64,000 nucleotides of DNA from Candidatus Latescibacterota bacterium (GTDB taxonomy: Bacteria > Latescibacterota > UBA2968 > GCA-2709665): contig OZ242180.1 in assembly GCA_965205485.1 (NCBI GenBank), positions 5,024,001 through 5,088,000 of the forward strand, given 5' to 3'. Under the pieces are notes generated by a model. The model saw nothing but the letters and a program-made list of their open reading frames with translations. It was not told where the DNA came from and searched no databases. Shown piece by piece: positions 57,082 through 64,000 of this stretch. How positions within the stretch are numbered: position 1 is the stretch's first letter; the number at the start of each line of letters is the position of its first letter. Both the position numbers and the translations under genes were made by a program.

Positions 57082-59262
57082 ATGGAAATGGGCGACGCGG
57101 AAATTCGCGAGCGTTACGGGTGGGCGGAAATAGACCCCGCGGGACCGGTCACGGCCGGGGCCACGGGCACGTGGCGCATCATCTATCACGCCGGCACGTA
57201 CGGCGTGGACGACGGCGGCGTCATAAAAATCGCCTGGCGCGACGTGAGCGATTGGCAGGCCCCGCAGTTCGGCGAGCCCGGCGCCCCGGGATACGCCTCC
57301 GTAACCACGTCGGGACCCGCGTCGCTCCGACCCGCCTATGAAAAGCAGCGCTACGTGCGACCGTGGCGCCTTTGCGTCACCATCGACGTCTTCGACGACT
57401 CTCTTTCCGAAGGCGACACGGTTACCCTCACCCTGGGAGACACCTCCGGCGGCGCTCCCGGGATTCGCGCGCAGACCTTCTGCAAGGACCGGTTCGAGTT
57501 CCGGGTGGCCGTCGACTGGTGCGGAACCTGGGTTTACGAGGAGGTCCCGTCGCCCGCCGTGCCCATCGTCAGCGGCGCTCCCCGTAAGCTGGTCGCGGTC
57601 TGCGCATCGGAAACGGCGCCCGGCGAGTCCGCCTGGGTTGGAATAAAGACGGAAGACGTGTGGGGAAACCCCTGCCGTGACTACACCGGCGAGGTCGCGG
57701 TGGATGCCCGCGGCCTTTCGGGGCTGCCCGAGACATACCGGTTTTCCGCTGAAGACGCGGGAACCCGCAGGTTTGATAACGTCGTCGCGCCCCGGTGCGG
57801 TATCTTTCGCATCCGCGCCGAAGACAGGTCTCTGGGCCTGAAGGCGGAGAGCAACCCGATGCGGTGCGTCGAATCCGGTATCCGATACCGTCCGTACTGG
57901 GGCGACCTGCACGGGCAAAGCGAGGAGACCGTTGGAACAAACCCCGTGTCCTCATACTTCCGCTTCGCCCGGGAATCCGCCTTTGTCGATTTCGCAGGAC
58001 ATCAGGGCAACGATTTTCAGATCACCGGCGCCGTCTGGGAGGAAATCAGACACCAGGCGAATGCGCAGAACGACCCCGGACGGTTTGTCGCCTTCGTCGG
58101 GTACGAGTGGTCCGGAAACACGCCCGTCGGCGGCGATCACAACGTCTACTTTCCGGGCGACACCGGACCCCTGCACCGCTCCAGCCATGTGCTGATTCCG
58201 GACAAATCCGACGTCCACACGGATTGCCTGCACGTATCCGAACTGTACAGGGCGATGAAGGGCACGGACGTCCTGCTTGTGCCGCACGTAGGCGGCAGAT
58301 ACGCCAATCTGGACTGGCACGATCCAGATTTCGAGCGTCTGGTTGAAGTCTACTCCGAGTGGGGCGAATTCGAATGGTTCCTGAAATGGGCCCTCGAAAA
58401 CGGCTATCGGGTGGGATTCATCGCCGGAAGCGACGACCACAAGGGCAGGCCGGGCGCCGCGTACCCAGGCAGCGGCTCTTTCGGCGTGTACGGGGGGCTC
58501 ACGTGCGTCTTTGCCGGCGACCTCAGCCGGCGCGGACTATGGGAAGCGCTGAAGGCCCGGCGCTGCTATGGCACCACGGGCCAGCGAATCCTCGTGAACG
58601 TCGCCGCAGACGGACACCCGATGGGCTCGGACCTCGAGGCGCTGCATCCGCCTGAAATCGCTGTTGACGTGATCGGCACCGCGCCGATCGAGCGCGTTGA
58701 AGTATTCAGAGGCCTGGAGCTAGTACACCGGTATCCCGAGACCATACCCCGCGCGGAAGACCGGGTCCGCATTTCCTGGTCGGGTCAGCGAATCCGCGCG
58801 CGCAACCGCCTGGTTCGTTGGGACGGCGGCCTGACCGTCAGGCACGGCCGCATACGCCGAGCCGAAGGATTCGCATTCGATTCGGCTTCGGAGGGTATCC
58901 AGTCCGTTTCAGACCATGCCGTGGCCTGGAAATCCGTCACCACCGGAGACGCCGACGGCGTCATACTCACCGTCGACGGCCCGCCGCGGGCGACGATCGA
59001 CTTCAGAACGGATATCGTCTCCCACGCCGTTACGCTTGGGGAAATCGCGAAAGGGCCCGTTCGGATACCCGCGGGTGGCATCGACATTGCCGTTGTCTTC
59101 GAACTGGCGCCCGAGGGCGCCGGAAGCGACGCCAGCTTCACCTGCCGCGAGTCCGAACTGCCGGACGGCTGCCACCCCTACTGGGTACGGGTGACCCAGA
59201 CCGACGGCGCCAAGGCCTGGACAAGCCCCATATACGTCACCACCGGAACGGGTTCGCGGTAA
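57082..59262 (+). CDS. DUF3604 / PHP-like domain protein
   Basis: YWGDLHGQ, GYEW, GDHNV, GSDDH, YGTTG, YWVRV..DG..AWTSP. Confidence 0.8.
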   Translation: MEMGDAEIRERYGWAEIDPAGPVTAGATGTWRIIYHAGTYGVDDGGVIKIAWRDVSDWQAPQFGEPGAPGYASVTTSGPASLRPAYEKQRYVRPWRLCVTIDVFDDSLSEGDTVTLTLGDTSGGAPGIRAQTFCKDRFEFRVAVDWCGTWVYEEVPSPAVPIVSGAPRKLVAVCASETAPGESAWVGIKTEDVWGNPCRDYTGEVAVDARGLSGLPETYRFSAEDAGTRRFDNVVAPRCGIFRIRAEDRSLGLKAESNPMRCVESGIRYRPYWGDLHGQSEETVGTNPVSSYFRFARESAFVDFAGHQGNDFQITGAVWEEIRHQANAQNDPGRFVAFVGYEWSGNTPVGGDHNVYFPGDTGPLHRSSHVLIPDKSDVHTDCLHVSELYRAMKGTDVLLVPHVGGRYANLDWHDPDFERLVEVYSEWGEFEWFLKWALENGYRVGFIAGSDDHKGRPGAAYPGSGSFGVYGGLTCVFAGDLSRRGLWEALKARRCYGTTGQRILVNVAADGHPMGSDLEALHPPEIAVDVIGTAPIERVEVFRGLELVHRYPETIPRAEDRVRISWSGQRIRARNRLVRWDGGLTVRHGRIRRAEGFAFDSASEGIQSVSDHAVAWKSVTTGDADGVILTVDGPPRATIDFRTDIVSHAVTLGEIAKGPVRIPAGGIDIAVVFELAPEGAGSDASFTCRESELPDGCHPYWVRVTQTDGAKAWTSPIYVTTGTGSR

Positions 59263-59355
59263 CACCGAAACCTGCAAACACGGGCCGGGCCGGCCTGTTC
59301 AATTCCGCCGCGACAGGCTCCGGCAACCGAAATCCGCTCAGCAACAAAAAAAACC

Positions 59356-59384
59356 TTGACCTGCGCACGGCGCGCTTATATTAT
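59356..59384 (+). promoter_or_regulatory. Sigma70 promoter for ggt-like gene
   Basis: TTGACC-17-TATTAT. Confidence 0.65.
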
Positions 59385-59434
59385 CGAACCTGTATATATG
59401 TGCAATTCGTGCGTTTGAAGGAGGTCCGCTTTAC

Positions 59435-61024
59435 GTGTCAGCCACGTTCCAGGAGGCCGCGGTCGTCGGACAGCCCGAAGCCGACGCCGCAGCCGTAAAC
59501 GTATTGAAAAAAGGAGGAAATGCCGTCGATGCAGCCGTCACGGCCGCCCTGCTCGCCTGCGTGGTCTCGCCGCACCACACGGGAATCGGCGGCTACGGCG
59601 GCGCCCTGATGGTTTACATGAACAGGGAAATCGGTTGCATCGACTTCAACACCGTCGCGCCGGGCGCCGCCACGAGCAGGATGTTCCAGGTGGTCCGCTC
59701 AGACGGACGTTTCGGGTCGCTGGTCAGCGGCAGGGCCAACGAGACGGGCTGCCTCGCGATTTCCGTTCCCGGCGTACTCGCCGGGCTGGCCGCGGCGCTG
59801 GAGAAATACGGAAAAATACCGCTGGATCAGGCGCTCGTTCCGGCCATACGCGCGTGCAAGAACGGGTTTCGGGTTTCACCCGAGTACGTCGCTGCCGTGG
59901 GTGAGAACGAAAAGCGGATCCGCGCCTTCCGGGACACGGAACGGCTGTTGCTGGTGGACGGTGCGGCGCCCACAACCAGAGACAGGGCGGCCAATGCGAG
60001 TCTGGGGCGGGTCCTCGAGCAGGTCGCAAAAAACGGCGTCGATGAGTTCTACCGGGGAAGAATCGCCGGGAGAATCGTGAAATACATCCGGGAAAACGAC
60101 GGAATACTCACGGAGGACGACTTCGCTGGCTATCAGGCCCGCCACGTCGAACCCGTTCACGCCTCCTGTCTGGGCTACGACCTGTACGCCCCGCCCCTTT
60201 GTTCGAGCGGCCCTGCCGTACTTCAGATGTGTCGAATTGCCGATGTCGCGGAACTGGACCTCTGGGCCCGCGACGCCGCGCGTCTCGCCCACGGGTTGAC
60301 CGAGACCATCCGCGCCGCCTGGCTGGACCGGTACCGGTATTTCGGCGACCCCCGATTTGTCAAGGTGCCGCTGGAAACCCTCACGTCCGATATCCAGATC
60401 GGAGCAACGGGCCGCGAAATCGCCGATCACGTGTCGGAGGGTACGCGAGGGCAGGCGTTGCTGCGGCCGCTTTCCTACGGCGGAACAACCCACATCTCCG
60501 TTGTAGACCGCGACCGCAATATGGCTTCCCTGACCCTGACCCATGGCCCCGGTTTCGGCTCATTTGTTACCATTCCCAGGATGGGACTCATCATGAACGC
60601 CGGCATGTCCCGCTTCGATCCCGGTTCCGGACTGCCCAACTCGGTGGACGCGGGCAAGTCGCCCGTCAACAATATGTGTCCCATGCTCATCATGAGCGAC
60701 GGGGAGCCCGTGATGACTCTCGGCGCATCGGGAGGAACCCGCATCCCGTCCTCCCTGTTTCAGGTACTCACACGGCGACTGGTGCTCGACGAGGAACTGG
60801 ACTGGGCGGTCAGCGCGCCCAGAGTGCACTCCGAAGGCAACGAATGGGTCACGGTCGAAGAAGGGTTTGGAGAGATCGCACCCCAATACCTGAAGTCAGA
60901 GATAAAATACACGCTCGGCAAGGGGAGCGCGGCGGCCAATGTCCGGGCTATTGAAATCACGGAAGACGACGAGCTTCTCGCGACGCTCGACCCCAGAATC
61001 CGCGGCAATGAGAGAGGGATTTGA
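59435..61024 (+). CDS. Gamma-glutamyltransferase family Ntn hydrolase
   Basis: GGNAVDAA, GIGG, SVPG, TTHISVVD, GASGG, DPR. No signal peptide. Confidence 0.9.
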   Translation: MSATFQEAAVVGQPEADAAAVNVLKKGGNAVDAAVTAALLACVVSPHHTGIGGYGGALMVYMNREIGCIDFNTVAPGAATSRMFQVVRSDGRFGSLVSGRANETGCLAISVPGVLAGLAAALEKYGKIPLDQALVPAIRACKNGFRVSPEYVAAVGENEKRIRAFRDTERLLLVDGAAPTTRDRAANASLGRVLEQVAKNGVDEFYRGRIAGRIVKYIRENDGILTEDDFAGYQARHVEPVHASCLGYDLYAPPLCSSGPAVLQMCRIADVAELDLWARDAARLAHGLTETIRAAWLDRYRYFGDPRFVKVPLETLTSDIQIGATGREIADHVSEGTRGQALLRPLSYGGTTHISVVDRDRNMASLTLTHGPGFGSFVTIPRMGLIMNAGMSRFDPGSGLPNSVDAGKSPVNNMCPMLIMSDGEPVMTLGASGGTRIPSSLFQVLTRRLVLDEELDWAVSAPRVHSEGNEWVTVEEGFGEIAPQYLKSEIKYTLGKGSAAANVRAIEITEDDELLATLDPRIRGNERGI

Positions 61025-61133
61025 AGCCCGCCGGCTGTGCAGGAACCGGAAAGGGATGTCGACCCCGGCAGTGTGGCGGCGCGACCGGAACGTCCGTAAC
61101 CGGCTGACCGATTCACAAGGAAATGCATTCGCT

Positions 61134-62258
61134 GTGAAGACATACTCCTTTGGCAGCGGCCGTCCCGACCCGGCCTCCTTTCCCAACAGAGGCCTGGCCG
61201 AAGCCGCAATGCGCATTCTTCCGGAACTGGGCGATGAGCTGGCGTGTTATCCCGGTTCGCTGGGGTACGAACCGCTCAGGAAGCTCATGTCCCGGAGGTT
61301 CGCCCACCGGGAAGGCGTTGCCCTGCCCGTCGACCAGATTGCGCTGACCACGGGATCCATGCAGGCGGTTACGCTGGTGGCCCAGGTTTTCGTGGATTCG
61401 CCCGGCGACGTGATTGTGCTCGAGGAATACTCCTATTCGGGCACGCTTAGCGCATACCGCAAGGAAGGGGCCGAACTCGTCGGCATCCCGCTGGACGACC
61501 ATGGCATGCGGATGGACGCGCTGGAAGAAACGCTGGCCCGGCTTGCATCCAGGAACAAGAAACCGAAATTCATCTATACCCTGGCAACCTATCAGAACCC
61601 CACGGGTTCGATAATGCCGCTCGGCCGGCGCCGCGAACTGCTGGACATTGCGGGCCGTTACGCCATACCGGTGGTTGAAGACCATTGCTACGCCGACACC
61701 GTCTACGAAGACCACCACGAACCCGCCCTCTGGACACTCGAACACGATACGCCGGTGATTCACATAGAATCCCTGTCCAAGATCCTGGGGCCCGGAATCC
61801 GCCTGGGCTACCTCGCCGCGCCTCGAGACCTGCTCGACCGGATCATTCAGTACCGGCGGGACGGAGGAACAAGCGCGCTCAGCGCGGCCGTCGTCTACGA
61901 GTATTTCAGAGAGGAACTCTGGTCGCACGTGGACAGAATCAATGCCATCGTCAAAAAGAAACGCGATCTGATGTTCGAGATGCTCTCGCGTTTCCCCGAT
62001 GCATTCGAGTGGTTCAGCCGACCCAGGGGCGGCCTCTTTATCTGGGTCAAGCTGCCCGACGTCACCGACACCACGGCGTGTGAGCAACTGGCCGAGTCAA
62101 TGGGTATCGACTATGCGACCGGCAAGGCCTTCCACGTATCCAATATGGATGTGCCGTACATCAGGCTCGCGTTCGGATTTGCGACACACGACGATATCCG
62201 TGACGGTATACCCATCCTGGCCGACTGCGTTCGCAACAGCCGGAAGAGGCCCGATTGA
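61134..62258 (+). CDS. PLP-dependent aminotransferase (class I/II, MocR-like domain)
   Basis: GRPDP, YQNPTG, EDHCY, SLSKILGPGIRLG. Alternative start at 61056. Confidence 0.9.
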   Translation: MKTYSFGSGRPDPASFPNRGLAEAAMRILPELGDELACYPGSLGYEPLRKLMSRRFAHREGVALPVDQIALTTGSMQAVTLVAQVFVDSPGDVIVLEEYSYSGTLSAYRKEGAELVGIPLDDHGMRMDALEETLARLASRNKKPKFIYTLATYQNPTGSIMPLGRRRELLDIAGRYAIPVVEDHCYADTVYEDHHEPALWTLEHDTPVIHIESLSKILGPGIRLGYLAAPRDLLDRIIQYRRDGGTSALSAAVVYEYFREELWSHVDRINAIVKKKRDLMFEMLSRFPDAFEWFSRPRGGLFIWVKLPDVTDTTACEQLAESMGIDYATGKAFHVSNMDVPYIRLAFGFATHDDIRDGIPILADCVRNSRKRPD

Positions 62259-62295
62259 ACGCTGCGCTCGCGGTCCGTCATGAGGAAACACAGCA

Positions 62296-63090
62296 TTGAA
62301 CAGGCCTGAAAACGTTCCTCGACCCGCGCCGATACCGGGCGTCCGGCGCCTGATCGCCGTTGCCAGCGGCAAGGGCGGCGTGGGGAAATCCACCACCGCC
62401 GCGAATCTCTGCGTGGCGCTGGCCCGGCAGGGCGCCGCGGTGGGCCTCATGGACGCGGACATCTACGGTCCGAACGTTCCGATCATGATGGGCGTGAACG
62501 AAACACCGGACATGGATGCGAACGGCGGGATTGTTCCCCTGGAACGTCACGGAGTCAAGATGATCTCGCTCGGTCTCATCACCGAAGCGGGCGCGCCGGT
62601 AATCTGGCGCGGTCCCATGCTGGCCAAGATGGTGATGCAATTCCTTAGAGACGTGTCCTGGGCGCCTCTGGATTTTCTCGTGATCGATCTGCCGCCCGGG
62701 ACCGGCGACGTCCAGCTGACCCTCATTCAATCCGCGCGGCTGGACGGCGCCGTCATCGTGACTACGCCCCAGTCCGTGGCGCTGGAGGATGTGCGTCGCG
62801 GTATCCAGATGTTCAACACGGTCGACGTTCCCGTTATCGGCATCGTCGAAAACATGAGCGAATATATCTGCGGCAACTGCAATACCAGGACCGATATCTT
62901 CGGCCAGGGCGGCGGCGCAAGGATGGCCGCTGAATACCGCGTGCCGCTTCTGGGCGAAATCCCTCTGGACCTGCGGATACGCAGGGCTGGAGATACAGGC
63001 GCCCCGATTACGGCCGCCGACCCTGAATCCCCTGTCTCCGGACGTTTCGACGAAATCGCGTCGAGCATAAGAAAAGCCGTGGGAGGTTGA
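62296..63090 (+). CDS. apbC: Mrp/NBP35 Fe-S cluster carrier ATPase
   Basis: SGKGGVGKST, DADIYGP, WRGPM, DLPPGTGD, ENMS..CGNC. Confidence 0.92.
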   Translation: MNRPENVPRPAPIPGVRRLIAVASGKGGVGKSTTAANLCVALARQGAAVGLMDADIYGPNVPIMMGVNETPDMDANGGIVPLERHGVKMISLGLITEAGAPVIWRGPMLAKMVMQFLRDVSWAPLDFLVIDLPPGTGDVQLTLIQSARLDGAVIVTTPQSVALEDVRRGIQMFNTVDVPVIGIVENMSEYICGNCNTRTDIFGQGGGARMAAEYRVPLLGEIPLDLRIRRAGDTGAPITAADPESPVSGRFDEIASSIRKAVGG

Positions 63091-63333
63091 GTCAAACCGC
63101 GCGCGACATGTACGCCGGCATCACCCACGTCCGGGCCGTCGGACCAATCGCCGCCCGGCGTCTTTTTTTGCGAAACATCCGGCCGGTTCCGGGAGTCAAA
63201 GAGTGTAGGCAATTTCAGCCCGGTCAAGCTTCGTCTGAGCCGGCGATGCATCTCCCGAAGGCCGTGCCGGAAGTGGCCTTCAGCTCGACAAGCTGGCGGG
63301 AAAGTCCACATATCGCCCAGTAAGGATGTACTG

Positions 63334-64000
63334 ATGACGGAAAAACGCATTGTAAAGTGCCCTTTATTGCTGGCCGTCATATTCGCAGGTTGCGCGCTTA
63401 CCGCATGCGGCGGCGAAAAGGCCAAGGGCAAGAGCAAGAATGAAGCGACGGCCGATTCAACAAAGGTCGACTCGACTGCCGTCGACACGACCGCGGCCGC
63501 GAAGAAGAAGAAGAAAACGCCGGAGGGCGTACCCGTAAAGGTCCACCGCGTTCAGCAGGGATCGATTTCCTCATATATGCTCTACAATGCGAAGGTAGAG
63601 GCCGAAGAGACCGTGGACGTTTACGCACACGGATCCGGGCTCGTCAAACGCGTGCTGGCCGAGGAGGGCGACGCCGTTGCGGTGGGTCAGGTCGTTGTCC
63701 ACCTGGTCGACCACCATCTCAAGCTCGCTGAAGCGGAAGCACAGGTCGCTTACCGTAAACTGGAGAGCAACTTCAAGCGCCGCAAGGAAATCTACTCCAG
63801 GAATCTGCTTTCCAAAGAAGAGTATGAACGTGACGAATTCGACCTGGAACAGGCCAGGATCCGATGGCAGCGCGCCCAGCTGGATCTGGATCATGCGTCG
63901 GTTCGATCTCCGATATCCGGGATCGTGGCGGAACGGATCGTCAAATTGGGCGACAGGATCGGGCCCACAACCAAACTCTACGTTCTGGTCAACATGAAGA
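63334..64000 (+). CDS. RND efflux periplasmic adaptor (partial, runs off window end)
   Basis: Manual translation: LTAC lipobox, GLVKRVLAEEGDAVAVGQ, coiled coil, VRSPISGIV. Confidence 0.9.
   Translation, partial: MTEKRIVKCPLLLAVIFAGCALTACGGEKAKGKSKNEATADSTKVDSTAVDTTAAAKKKKKTPEGVPVKVHRVQQGSISSYMLYNAKVEAEETVDVYAHGSGLVKRVLAEEGDAVAVGQVVVHLVDHHLKLAEAEAQVAYRKLESNFKRRKEIYSRNLLSKEEYERDEFDLEQARIRWQRAQLDLDHASVRSPISGIVAERIVKLGDRIGPTTKLYVLVNMK

Overview
GC-rich bacterial chromosomal window with about 60 CDS. A secreted protein with a duplicated dockerin/EF-hand-like motif and many sugar/acid catabolic enzymes suggest a Latescibacterota-like lineage (inference only). Core genes: ABC-F ATPase, pyrF, RNase P RNA (rnpB), RNase HI, C4 zinc-ribbon protein, divergent tRNA-Val(CAC)/tRNA-Glu(TTC), dusB, larB, nth, dksA-like, polX, rarA, Mrp/ApbC and an RND adaptor at the right edge. 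An accessory stretch (about 9.3-21.8 kb) after tRNA-Glu carries an extended ECF sigma factor, SPFH/DUF4097, vapBC and a decayed UPF0175 toxin-antitoxin pair. There is also a GT2-radical SAM-GT2 cluster and a nine-gene catabolic operon with two non-canonical enolase-superfamily enzymes. The best candidates for undescribed biology are below the ORF-track cutoff: (1) a 17-aa Pro-Pro-Pro leader peptide with terminator/antiterminator ahead of a stand-alone sigma-region-4 protein, and (2) a 42-aa small protein with its own promoter, RBS and terminator. Also notable: a PolX whose polymerase site looks degenerate, a DksA with one Cys instead of four, and several short REP/REPIN-like repeat families. 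No CRISPR array, integrase or transposase was seen. All calls come from reading motifs by eye; no searches were run.
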